Assembly (NCBI RefSeq): GCF_001194135.2
Contig: NC_068982.1
Coordinates: 165,773,699-165,830,385 of the forward strand
Reading direction: 5' to 3'
DNA length: 56,687 nucleotides
From: Octopus bimaculoides
Lineage: Eukaryota
This document shows, piece after piece, positions 1 through 12,347 of this stretch. The notes under the pieces were generated by a model. It was given only the letters and a program-made list of their open reading frames with translations, ran no database searches and had not been told where the DNA came from. Numbering within the stretch: position 1 is the stretch's first letter; each line of letters begins with the position of its first letter. The translations under genes were made by a program, and so were the position numbers.

Positions 1-82
1 CATACCTTATACGCGTATACTCGCACATTTATGTATATATATATATATACATAAATGTGCGAGTATACGCGTATAAGGTATG
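1..82. repeat. Perfect 82-bp palindrome centred on (AT)n
   Basis: 1-34 CATACCTTATACGCGTATACTCGCACATTTATGT is the exact reverse complement of 49-82, with a self-complementary (AT)n centre. Confidence 0.95.
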
Positions 83-224
83 TGAAGCAACATGAACGAA
101 TGGTTGCGCTGTTCACTCACGATCACAATGGCGGGGTTTCATTTCCTCGACCGAGTGATTTGTTTGGTAGTTAAGAAAGATGCTTCATTTCACATTACTT
201 CTGTTTAATTAGCAAGACACCCAT

Positions 225-540
<316 letters not shown>

Positions 541-2048
541 ATTATCACAGATTTTGTTGGAGCTCCTGGAGTTTTACAGGCGTAGTAAGCTTACTACCTG
601 CAGCCTACGGTACCTTGCTATTCTTTCCTTTCAGCTATCTAATACTTTTCTGATTATTCTGGCTGTGCCAAGGAGGCAAAACTTTTGTAACAGTTCCACT
701 GAGCACTCTACTCCAATTTCCTTTATAACCCTCTTGATTCCTACTGATACCGTTCACAAGGATCAAACAATAATTGGCACTATCTTCACCTTCTTCATTT
801 TCCATAGCCGGGCTATTTCATACTTAAGCTGTTTGTATCTATCTATCTTTTCGCCTTCTTTCTTGACTATTCGTGGGTCAAACGGGCATGCAACGTCAAC
901 TATATAGCTTATGTGGTGCACCTTGTCCACCACGACTAAGTCCGGTCTATTACCCTCTATCAGCTGATTGGGTTGGGAAATCCTAGAGGATTTTCTAGCC
1001 TCCGACTCTGTCACTCTCTGTGGTTTGTGCTCTCCTCATGACTAGGCGATCAGTGTCTGCACGTGAATGATAGGCCCCGTGCATCTTTAGGAACTTTCTT
1101 GACTTCCTGTCCATCTTCTTTAGCTCTTCCTCTGTCCACTTCAAGATTCCAGTGCCATACCAAACTACTGCGACAACGCGCGAGTTTATTGCCGAAATTA
1201 TGTTTTTGGTATTCATCTTTGAAGCCAATATTTTTCTCACTCACCGCAGGTATTCTCTTTTGTCTTTTCCTTCATGTCGTGTTTTTTGATTCCATTTGCC
1301 TCAAGTATTCCCAGGTATTTAAAGCTGGATGGAGGTTGAATTACGTTCATCCACACCACTTTGCAGCCATATGCCTTCTGTCCTAGCAAGCTTTTCTCGT
1401 CTTTATCACCATCGTAGCACATCTTGAGATTCCAAATTCCATCTTAATATCATTGGAGAAAATCTTCACAGACTGGACTAGGCTGTCCAGTTCTGCCTCA
1501 GCTTTTGTGAATAGCTTCAGGTCGTCTATGAATAGCAAGTGGTTTAGTTTTCCCTTACCTCTTCCCAGATTATACCCCAACTTTGTTTTCTGTAGTATTT
1601 CACTCAAGGAGATCGTTCTCAGCACGAACATCAATAGAGACACACTGTCCACTTGAAGATTCCTCTCTTGATTTTTCACTCTCGTAGTACTTGCTTCCTT
1701 GCTGTCAATTCCGTTCTCCAGTATTTCATGCTATTCCATACAAGGCTTCTCATATTCTTTGCTACTCCATACATTTCCATTGTTCTTATTGTCCAGGAGT
1801 GTGGTATCATATCGTATGCTTTGCGATAGTCAACACATGCCATGCTCATACTCATGTGTGTATGCCTTCTCTTGCAGCTCCTGATAATTAGATTATCAAT
1901 TAAGAGCTGGTCCTTCGTTCCCCGGTTCTTTTTATGGCACCCTTTTTATTCAATGGGTAGCAACCCACCTTTATCCAAGTATCTGTACAGTTCACTGACC
2001 AAAGCACCTGGAATTAGTTTCCACATTAACAGAAGGCATGTTAATGGT
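541..2048 (-). mobile_element. 5'-truncated, decayed R4/Dong-like non-LTR retrotransposon (RT plus restriction-like endonuclease)
   Basis: Frameshifted minus-strand peptides: [35 protein letters not shown] (YADD equivalent), FKYLGI, NRPDLVVVDK...DVACPFD (PD..D RLE), IVPIIV. An internal deletion near 1020 removes the CCHC knuckle. Confidence 0.9.
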
Positions 2049-2049
2049 C

Positions 2050-2050
<1 letters not shown>

Positions 2051-2083
<33 letters not shown>

Positions 2084-2097
2084 GTTATTATTATTAT
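2051..2097. repeat. (ATT)n microsatellite at the 5' junction of the R4-like copy
   Basis: Directly visible. Confidence 0.97.
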
Positions 2098-2648
2098 AAA
2101 GCCACATAAATCTATAAAGGAAAGCTTGGTACAATTCCATACTCGTTCATGGGTGATGAATGTGCTGCTCATCTAAGTTGACAGCGACGAAACAAACCTC
2201 CAGTGGGAATTTAATAGAATGTGTGTTACAAATCGAGGTAAACAACGGTAGCTGATTCAGTAGTACGTTTACTAGAATTAAATTCGATGGCAGGAAGTGC
2301 AAAAAGTGTAATAGTTATCGCTGTCAAATGCTATATGATAGCTACGTAGTTCGGTTCCCGTGAGCTACTATACTCTTCTGTGCCCCACTTTAGGAATGAA
2401 CTAAAATCACCACCACATTGTCAGTATATTCATTCATTTAAAATCAGGGTAGACACTATAACTCACTCAGAATTTAGATACTACATAAATAGTTATAATC
2501 TAATAATGTCTCAATGGACAAAAGATGAATACTATTTATCTTATGAAAGTCTAAGAGCAGTAGTATCTAGACAGGTTCTTATAATTTTCTTGCAGAGAAT
2601 TAATACAGCTTTAGTTAAACCGCTTTATTTCATCATCATAGTTAGGCC

Positions 2649-2800
<152 letters not shown>

Positions 2801-3055
2801 TGTGGGTTTATGTGTGTATATAACTAAATGTGCACACATATTTATGTACCTACATATATATGCACGACGACACTGTATAATAAATATTTATTTAATATAA
2901 TTTCAATAACTAATCAGATCTAATTCAAAATAATACGTCAGAAAAAAATTGTTTTCAGATGTATGAGCCAATTACGACACACTACTGCAGAACGTACGTA
3001 GCATTTTAAGCAGAAATATTTACTAACAATTTTTATTTTAATTTAACAATGGCAG

Positions 3056-3107
3056 AATCATTTGACAAGCAATCCCACATCCACAAACATGATCGATATG
3101 CTGTTAA
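3056..3107 (+). CDS. Candidate internal exon of an unidentified gene
   Basis: TACTAAC branch point at 3021, T-rich tract, CAG acceptor and AA|GTAAGT donor. Two open frames: NHLTSNPTSTNMIDMLL or SFDKQSHIHKHDRYAV. No homology recognised. Confidence 0.3.
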
Positions 3108-3540
3108 GTAAGTGGGAATGTAAAGTTTCAGTTCATGAAGTGTCTTATTCATGTCACCATATGTTAGTCAGCAGTAAAGAAAATGTTCAGCTCGCAAGTC
3201 AAACAATGAACAAAATCCTTAGATATCTCTTATGCTTCGCTTATCTCAAATGAATAGCAATCAAAAGACATTACAACACATTTCTAAGTATGTAAATTTA
3301 CACCACATAGACTCATAAATACTAAATTAAATGAAGATTGTTAAGCGCCGAGATAAATCATTCAGCGACAATTGATACTCTTTTAATATTTTGATGAGGC
3401 AATATTCATGTTTATACCAAGATGTTCAAATAAATAACTTCCACCTTTTCTTCTTACATTATTTAACATTTACTAATATATTTTTCAGAAAAATAGGTTA
3501 CGCTAGAATTTCTTGAGCTTCTGCAAAGGATAGCAAGAAA

Positions 3541-4075
3541 CAGTGGTGAGCACAACTAACCAAAAAGTTAGCTTCGTTAACCGCTAATCCGCTAACTAAA
3601 AAAGTTAGTTTCTCAAACACAAAACCGCGAAACAGGTGAAAAAAGAAAATGAGCGGAAGTATAATCTAGGCCTGCTAAAAAAATAGCTTTTCATCCGTAT
3701 CTCCGCGCAAGCTGCAATAGTTTTTGTGAATTCGTGGTTTGTTCAATTTTTCGCAGGTAGGAAGCAGGCAGGACACTTGATTGCAGTATGTTATGACCAT
3801 AATTTGTTTATAGAAATCACACAGACTGTAGTTTAGCATTTGTTACTAGGCTGTTTTAAATTTATGGAAATATTGCTTATAATTTAAAGCCTTGTTATTA
3901 AACTTTTGAAAATAATGACACTACCCTGATAGGTGACGTGTGGGTGGAGGGATAAATAACCGAGAAGGGGATGGAATGATGGTCGGAATTTTATAAGTTC
4001 AGTACTTAAGGTTCGTTTCTTCGTTATTTCATTAAAGACTGCTGTTTTGGCTGTGGAGACTTAATCCTGAATGGA

Positions 4076-4110
<35 letters not shown>

Positions 4111-5307
4111 CCGTATATTATATATTATGACATTTATTTCAATTAACTATTATACATTTTATTACATCAATTAAGAAAATAATTATTTAACAAATAATTA
4201 AATTGAATTAGGAAAATTTGAAGCATGCCATAATAATAATTTAATAATCTTGTCTGATTTCAACTTATAAAATACCTCTTAAGATACTCCTCCAGCTGTA
4301 TATAGCTGGCCAAGATCATCCTGTCCAGGGTGCGGCGGGACATTGACGTCTTTTTGGGGTTCAGCCTGTTGATTAGGCCGGCAAAGGTGGGGCCTCCTCT
4401 ACAAGCAGCGGTAGCATGTTGTCAATACACAGGTATATAATCCTTCTATCCACCATAGAGTGGAAGACGCCAGTGCCAGCAATTTGGGAAAACGCGTCGT
4501 CAATGCTGGGCTCGCGTGCTTCCTTTGCACATGGCTGCGACGATTGGCTACTGGCACTGCTACCAGAAGATTGCTTGTGTTTCCCACAGGAAGACCCGGC
4601 CTTCAGCTTCTCCTCAAACTGAATGGCATGCGCGGGTTGTTTTCTCTTAACATACGACCTCAAGTTGTAAAGGCTCGCTGCTTGTCCTTTGATGGGGGGC
4701 TTACATATGACGCACAGGGAGAACAGGATTTTGGCGTTCCTTGACGTTCCTTGGCGTTCCTTTTATCCCTCGATGTAAGGGCAATGTATTCCTGCAGGTG
4801 GAGGCCACAGATTCTGAGACCCATGATTCTCAACCTGAGCGGCGTCTACCTCACCCACAGACGTTGCAGACGCCTGAACAGTCCTTTCATCCTCAAACCG
4901 AATAAAAACGTCTTCACCTTCCATAACGATAAGCGGTAACTTAATAAACTGATAACATACATTGCTGTTGCTGACACTATAAAACTGTATGTGACAACAT
5001 CGTAAGTGAACAAAACTCAAAACTGCAGGTTTACACAATACTGCTCTGCTGCATCGACCAATCCCGTGTAGTCACGTGTACACGTAGTCATCCAATAACG
5101 TGCCTGATGAACTTTTCGAGACACGCCCACAACAGAGGAAGAACAAGCGTACGAATTTTGTTAGGGGACTTGAAATTAGCGGATCTAAATTTAGCTAATT
5201 GATCCGCTAACAGTTCCCCAAGTTAGTGAAAATGCTAATCCGCAAAACGAAAAGTTAGGTTCGCTAATTAGTTGCCTCGTGGATTAGCAGAAATTTGCCC
5301 ACCACTG
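3541..5307 (-). mobile_element. Non-autonomous hAT DNA transposon (deletion derivative) with BED-finger remnant
   Basis: TIRs CAGTGGTGAGCA (3541) and TGCCCACCACTG (5296-5307) match 11/12. 8-bp TSD GCAAGAAA/GAAAGAAA matches 7/8. Subterminal (CC)GCTAA repeats at both ends. Minus-strand CVICKPPIKGQAASLYNLRSYVKRKQPAH resembles a degenerate BED finger. Confidence 0.85.
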
Positions 5308-5627
5308 GAAAGAAACATTTGGCTAATCATAGCCAATATTTTGTAACTGAGCCCTTTCCTAATCCTCCTTGGATAAATTCAATTTTGCGAATGCAACACC
5401 ACCAACATTCACGGGTAAGGAGCTGCAAATATTGATGAATTAGATAATCAGGCAGATGAAATATATCTTAAAGTGCTTCTGTATATATATATATATAATA
5501 TAAGTAGGTAAGTATGTATACCAGCATTTCACCGGTTCTCTATATTTTGTGAGAACTAAGGGTTAATTACAATTTCTATCCATATCCGAACCGTTGTAAA
5601 CATATTAACACAGTATTTTGCTCTCAG

Positions 5628-5707
5628 AATATGACGCCTACGAAGTTATTAAACCAAGAGTTATAAAAGTTGGAAAATATCCAGAAGAATACAACACTTT
5701 TTGGTAG
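5628..5707 (+). CDS. Candidate (possibly terminal) exon, xYDAYEVIKPRVIKVGKYPEEYNTFW*
   Basis: Acceptor TATTTTGCTCTCAG and an open frame to TAG. Phase-compatible with 3056-3107 (…MIDMLL-K-YDAYEV…). No family recognised. Confidence 0.3.
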
Positions 5708-6240
5708 AAATTGGAGTTAAATGTTAAATATTATATATTTGTTACTACAACTGATCAATACAGTTTGTCAATTGATTAATTGACTTTCGACTCTTTTTAG
5801 AAGAGATATATAGATCCAAAGAACATATCAATAATTTTCTCATATTTTCTCGTTGGTTTATAAATTCCGTCTTCGAAGTACTTATCTAATACGGAAAATT
5901 CAGATAACATGAGATAACCCAAACCTATTATTAGAAGACTACTCTTTCCCCTGTTGATTTACTCGGATTAATAATAAGAAAAGGGAAATGTCTAGGGTAA
6001 ATTAATATGCATTTTATTATTGATATTTATACTTTCCAGCTTACTTAAATGTATCTTCCTTGTATATTAGATTACATTATATCAGCTCTACTTTAATGTG
6101 AGGAGCAGACTGCTTATATTACACATGCGCACTCAAACACACAAACAAACACACATACACACGCACATACACAGACATACATACATACATAAATACACGC
6201 ATACACACACACAAACAAAGATGCACACACACACAAACAC

Positions 6241-6291
<51 letters not shown>

Positions 6292-6298
6292 AGAGCAA

Positions 6299-6543
6299 AG
6301 ATGGGTTAAAGGTTCGCTACAGCTGTTTCACGGGTGGTTTTATAGATGAATAATTTGATTACCTCAACAGAGTAAAAACTTTAAATTTACTTCGAAGAAA
6401 AAATATCATGATGTGGAATATAGATTGACATCCTCATTTCGGCACAACGAAGAGGGAAAACGGTTGTTTTCATGATGTAATCGAATTATTCATCAATAAA
6501 GAAAACTTGTTTGGAACAGCTGTAACGAACCTTTAATCCATCT
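6299..6543. mobile_element. MITE-like element with ~70-bp imperfect TIRs
   Basis: AGATGGGTTAAAGGTTCGCTACAGCTGTT…GATGAATAATTTGATTAC at left. Its reverse complement lies at right (…GTAATCGAATTATTCATC…AACAGCTGTAACGAACCTTTAATCCATCT). TSD unclear. Confidence 0.7.
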
Positions 6544-6719
6544 ATTTTATGCAAACGTCATACTTGGAACCTTCCCTAATTTAGATCTGGAACTTTACTC
6601 TCCATCGTGGAATTGCATGGGTGTGTGCATAGGTATATAATTTCATGTACATTTGTATCTATATCTACATATATATAAATATATAATTCAGATATCTATA
6701 AATATATTATACATACATA

Positions 6720-6773
<54 letters not shown>

Positions 6774-6881
6774 NNNNNNNNNNNNNNNNNNNNNNNNNNN
6801 NNNNNNNNNNNNNNNNNNNNNNNNNNNNNNNNNNNNNNNNNNNNNNNNNNNNNNNNNNNNNNNNNNNNNNNNNNNNNNNNN

Positions 6882-6922
<41 letters not shown>

Positions 6923-7194
6923 ACGTCTGTTTAATAAGTATCCGGATTGTAGCCATAGCAACGAAGCTAAACCATACAGAGTAAAGCAGCCTCGATTGAC
7001 CTTCAACCCTGTCGTGCATTCGCACTGATTTTTAATGATATATGTATATATATGTATATATATGTATGTATGTATATGTATATACAGGGCGCGTATATAC
7101 AGGGCGCGGTGTATAAACTGTCGTCTAAATCAGTACTACTCAAAGTGGTGGTCTGCTCCCGGTACGCCACATCAGATATTTTGAGAAGCACTGG

Positions 7195-7798
7195 TCTGTT
7201 CGTCTTTGGTGTTACAAGGAGATCTGTTGGTCTCCCATTCAACTGCATCCCACACATAGTGACCAGATATTAGGGGTGATGTGGTCGCAGAAATTGTCTG
7301 ACAGCCATGACTGGGTTCTCCTGCTTGTGTGACATGGTGCAGATTCCTGTTGCCAGATATAGTGTCTTCCAGCAGGCAACCTCTTTATCCAGAGCAGTAC
7401 TATCTCCTCCAGGCACTTGATGTAGGCCTCCGTACTCTAGTCTGGGGCTGTGTGGGAAGATGAATGGAGGAATGAGTTCACCACCACTAGAGATCACTCC
7501 AAACACCATGATGTTGACTGAATGTTTAGTTTTTATCATTCTCGGTACATGTTATCAGATTGCATTGTCCTCAGATTGACGCCCAAACACTCTGAAATAT
7601 TCGTATTGGAGCTTCCAGCGCGAATGCCAAATAGTACAGCGTGCCGTTTCCAAATTTCGAGCAGAATAAATTGCATCATGGTGCCGTTTTACACACAGAC
7701 GGTGCCGAACTGTTACACTGTGTAGTCGACAAAATCAAAAAATGAAAATGCGCATGAGCGAAATTGAAAATATAGAATAATGACGATCGCATCCTATA
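7195..7798 (-). mobile_element. Tc1/mariner (maT/DD37D-like) transposase relic with internal deletions
   Basis: Minus-strand pieces: MMQFILLEIWKRHAVLFGIRAGSSNTNISECLGVNLRT (HTH), KHSVNIMVFGVISSGGELIPPFIFPH, then with frameshifts YIKCLEEIVLLWIK, IWQQESAPCHTSRRTQSWLSDNFCDHITP and YVWDAVEWETNRSPCNTKDE. Confidence 0.85.
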
Positions 7799-7883
7799 TT
7801 TATGAGTGTGNNNNNNNNNNNNNNNNNNNNNNNNNNNNNNNNNNNNNNNNNNNNNNNNNNNNNNNNNNNNNNNNNNNNNNNNN

Positions 7884-7924
<41 letters not shown>

Positions 7925-7980
7925 GCTTAAAAGCCAGTTCTAAAATCTCTCTAAGAGAGTATCACAATCGTTGTACTTGC

Positions 7981-8098
7981 AAGTAATGTTCGTAGCCACT
8001 TCAACATGGCTGTTCCGTTCGAACAGACTTTACTGGGATTTTTTAACCCAAGAGGACATCTCCTCTAGCTGGTTAACGATGCACAACTGCATCCGATA
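7981..8098. repeat. Unclassified dispersed repeat, copy A (copy B at 34577-34700)
   Basis: AAGTAATGTTCGTAGCCACTT…ATGGCTG…TCTAGCTGGTTAACGAT…CTGCATC is shared with 34577-34700. Confidence 0.8.
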
Positions 8099-8565
8099 GT
8101 AACATAAAGAACGACTCTTCATCAGTTGTTGGCAGTCTATCTACTCCTCATTTCGAGCATTGAACAACAATATGAGTCTTCGAAGATAGTTGCTCCCATA
8201 AGTACAAAAATAAAATTTGGGATTTATGGAAGGTCAAAGTTGGCAACAAAGACAGGACACTGGAGACATACAAGGAAACCGAATTCTTCTCCTATTTTTT
8301 CTCTTGTAAAAGAAAATATGTTTCCAGCGTTCGCTATTTTACCCTCTTTCTGGTGTAACGGCCCTTTTTGTTTCTTTTCGTTCGGTTTCCGAGTATGTCT
8401 CCACTGTCTTGTTTTTGTTCCCAACTTTGACCCTCCATAAATCCAAAATTTTATTTTGGTACTTATGAGGGCAACTCTCTTTCAAGACTCATATTGTCGT
8501 TCAATCCTCGAGATTAGGAGTAGATAGACAGCCGACAACTGATGAAGGGTCGTCTTTTATGTTAC
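8099..8565. repeat. Long inverted repeat (arms ~8099-8283 and ~8381-8565, ~100-bp spacer); MITE or inverted Penelope-type terminus
   Basis: The arms align as reverse complements along their length (e.g. CATCAGTTGTTGGCAGTCTATCTACTCCT versus AGGAGTAGATAGACAGCCGACAACTGATG), about 80% identical by eye. Confidence 0.85.
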
Positions 8566-9469
8566 TTGTCCTGTTTTCCAATTGTTTCTTTCGTTATTTG
8601 CGTAATGAAGTCATTTGCTTTCGTATCTCATTTTGTTTACTATTGGTGACATCCTGTACCCATACATGCATGTGTGTGTGTATGTATATATATATATATA
8701 TATATTATATTATATTATTATTTGATTGGACGTCACGCATCAATTTCCAAGTAAGTTTATATATATATGTATGTATGTATGTATGTATCTACGTACGTAC
8801 GCATGTATGTATGTATACATGTATGTATGTATATATGTACGTACGTATGTACGTACGTACAAATGTATGTATGTATGTATTATAAACAGGCACTCACACA
8901 CAAATCGATGTACCACTTCATTTTTTCTATAGCGAACGTCAAAGGACTGCAAGTATTCTTTTGGCTTTTTGCATTGCTTATATCTATATATACATGTAAG
9001 CACGTGTGCTTGTATGAACATGTAAGTGCACATATATTATTGACACATGCATTTAAATACATGATGTATTTAATCTCGCGTGAGATGATCATCCATAAAT
9101 ATATGAATGACATGATTTTTTCAGAATTTGCAGATATATTTCATAATTGAATGTTTTTAATATGATACGAAGTTTAATTTCAAGATCTCACCAGGCTCAC
9201 TGTTTCATGTTATTTATTCTTCCACTGTATATGTAATTTTCGCATGTGCTACACGTTCGAAAAAAAAAAACCAAAATACTTGCAAAATGGAAACTGAGAG
9301 GAAACACACACACGCAGACATTCACAGACACACCCACATACATACATGCTTGTATACATACATACATTCATATGTACATATATGTATATGCATGTATATA
9401 TATGTATAAACATATATAAACATACATATATAGAGATATATCCATATATATATTTATATATACCTGTAT

Positions 9470-9539
<70 letters not shown>

Positions 9540-10667
9540 ATATTTACATAAACATGTTTGTACATGTCTGTGTGTTTATATACATAGATATGCATGTGCA
9601 TGTGTGTGTGTGTATGCGTGTATGTGAACCCTGGGATATACATTAAGATGTTTTAATGAACAATGTATTACAACCAATATAAACAATATACCTATAAAGT
9701 ATGCTATTGAATTGAGTTAATTTCAATCACTATCTTATAAGTAGTTTATAAGTAATGGGTTTGTGGATATTTAAGCAGGGTTCACACCTGTTGTTCACCG
9801 ATTTTGATTGTAACTTCGGTACAGGTTTTCAATCTACATTTCTTCAGAAACACATTGCATCGATGTGGCGTTTAATTTCATCATAATAGAGAATGTTGCT
9901 TACCTATAGATGTGTTTTCTTACACATTATATCAAAGAGATGAGGCATTGTTAACAGACAAGTAATTGAATTGTATATGTATACTCGTACACTGAAGACA
10001 ACATGCGCGTGCACGCTCGTACACACACACACATACACACACACAAACCCTTCAGTTTACCTTCTTTTCTAAAGAAACTCACATCTACACATGCACATCC
10101 ATACACAGACATAGGACCAATTCTTAGAATTCTCAGAGAGATTAAAACAAGTCTTAGAGTGAGTAGAGAGTTACAGGTCACTGAAAAGGTTGCAATCAGC
10201 AACGAAAATATGTGACTGACAAACAGCTGATTGATTGTTGTGGTTATATGTATGTTCACCCTCTTAAGTCTCGACTGACTCTTTTTGTGTATCGAAGCTC
10301 ACACCAGCAGCATATGGGAAACCTATCTCTTATTTCATATGACGCTTAGAAAAATAGGAACAACTTAATCATTAATAATAACAAGACAAAATAACAAAGT
10401 GTTTCTGGCATTCAGAAATGTTCTAAAATATTCTAAAACGTTAAATAATTGGATGAGCATTCGGTCCTATCTCGTTGAGGAGTGAAACAAAGAGAACAAA
10501 AATGTCGAGTTTTTTGTGATTAAAGCAGCAGCCTCCACCAATTCTATTTCATGAGGAAGTTTATGATTTCGGTTTTATATATTTGGATACTCAATTGGAC
10601 GGAAAACAAAACCAGTCTAAGAGCGGATGAATCAAAGGGGATAATGGCCATCCAACTTAAACATGCA

Positions 10668-10876
10668 TTATCTTATGCTTAGCAACATTATTTTATTCAC
10701 AGTAGTCTGAGAGAACTCCAATATCCCTAATAATGGATCATGGTCGAGAGAAATCATAGAATTTGCGAGTGATAATGTATTGGTGTGGTAATCTGCGCGG
10801 TACAACCAATCTTGGCGAGCAGCAGTTTCCGTAAGTACCGCCGGTAACCCGTCTAGAGATGGAGTCACAACGAAAC
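10668..10876 (-). CDS. Candidate exon, GFVVTPSLDGLPAVLTETAARQDWLYRADYHTNTLSLANSMISLDHDPLLGILEFSQTTV…
   Basis: Acceptor TCTGTCTGTGCTCCAG, ~69 open codons, GC above the flanks and protein-like composition. No clear donor. The plus strand also carries splice-like sites here, so the strand is uncertain. Confidence 0.35.
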
Positions 10877-11559
10877 CTGGAGCACAGACAGAATCAAATC
10901 TGCCTCAAGGGGGAGAAGATTATTTCATTCTAGCAGCAGTGTATTTTTAAAATGAGTCATAATATGACTGCATTATTACAAATTTGTATCTAAAAAACAA
11001 CGGTGTCGCCAGTCGGTGGTGCAATGTCTCACAGAAGTACAGATCCAGTCGTCACTTTCATACTGCTGTGCAAATAATTAAGTGGGAAATTGAAATCAAC
11101 AAGATAGATATTGGAATGTTATTTAAGAGTGAAGCAAACATGAGAGGATTCTGAAAAAAAATGCTATAGACATATAAAACAATATGATAACACTCAAACA
11201 CGGTGAACACTAGCTAGCATGCCAAGTATTGTGCATCAAGCATGGAAAATATCTTTCTGACAAAGATACTGAACGAATACTGAGAAAGATTAACCTAGGA
11301 CAGGAAGAACCACATATCAGCATATCAATATCAGCTGCATGGCAATGACTTTTCTAAGAATCAGGAGGACGCGACTATCCTACCCAGCCAGGAGAATACA
11401 GTGCCCGTAGATAGAACAATGGCAAGAAGAACAATGGTCAAGGAGATAGGGAACGTGATAACAATAGTTTCAACTCAGAATTCTCGAAACTGAAGCAGAC
11501 ATTGAAGGAACAGGAGTTCCTAGACTCAGCTTGAGGATGATATATCGAACTAGAGTTAA

Positions 11560-12160
11560 GGAAAAACAACAGAACTAAAGAGTAGGGTTCATACGATTAA
11601 CGGTTGAAACATTAAAGATACTAACACATTGAGATTAACAAGTGCTTATATAGTTGCAGATATGTTACGGTAAATGAAGGACCAGCAGATACCCTGCTAC
11701 TAATAAAAAAAATTAGTGGCCTTAAACTATATAAGTGAACCACTAGAAGCAGCATAACGTAAAGTGTTAAGAAGAGAAAGGTAGATTAGAAGAAATGCAT
11801 CACATTAAGAAAATAAAAATTTGGTCAACAACCGAAGAATAAGTTGGGAGTATAGACAAAAGCTGCCAAAATCAGAAAACACGAATTAAAACATAAACAA
11901 TATGAACGGTGTCGCCTATTTTATGCAAACCTTTGATGAAGTCAGGATATCGTAGAACTTTTCAATACCAGCTAATAGAAGAAGAGAGCACAACGAACAG
12001 GATATAGGTATCGTTAACAGTTTGACACCAGGGTAAATATAAAAACAAGAGAAAAATTTGTGTATTACACTAATCTGAAATACTCGAGTGGTAGAAAAGA
12101 GTTTACGTAATTGTGTTACTAGAATTTGGGGAACAGGGACGAACATTTTGAAAACAGACA
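11560..12160 (+). mobile_element. Highly decayed N-terminal region of an R4-like non-LTR ORF
   Basis: KAAKIRKHELKHKQYERCRLFYAN and TRIWG resemble the pre-RT 'KIRRY...Q..QNRLF..N' and 'FW..IW' segments of R4-clade proteins. Many stops. Confidence 0.45.
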
Positions 12161-12347
12161 CAGGTAAGATCATGTATGAATGTCTCAGAATTTGGAATCA
12201 TGTGCGAGTATGTATGGAAGTGCGTGGCTATATGCAAATGTATGTGTATGTGTGTATTTGTGTGTGCACAGCAACAGGCTTAAGCAAATTATTACACTCA
12301 ATTAGCTTAAATGCGATTTTACATGTGTAACATGTAATCCTTGTCAG

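Noticed and set aside
5101-5125. CTGATGA words (also 8539, 42691, 53674, 55576) as hammerhead cores
   Set aside because: No properly spaced stem II plus GAAA or flanking stems.
7081-7110. TACAGGGCGCG duplicated, considered as the left TIR of the maT relic
   Set aside because: Poor match to the other end (TATAGGATGCGATC), so it was not used as a boundary.
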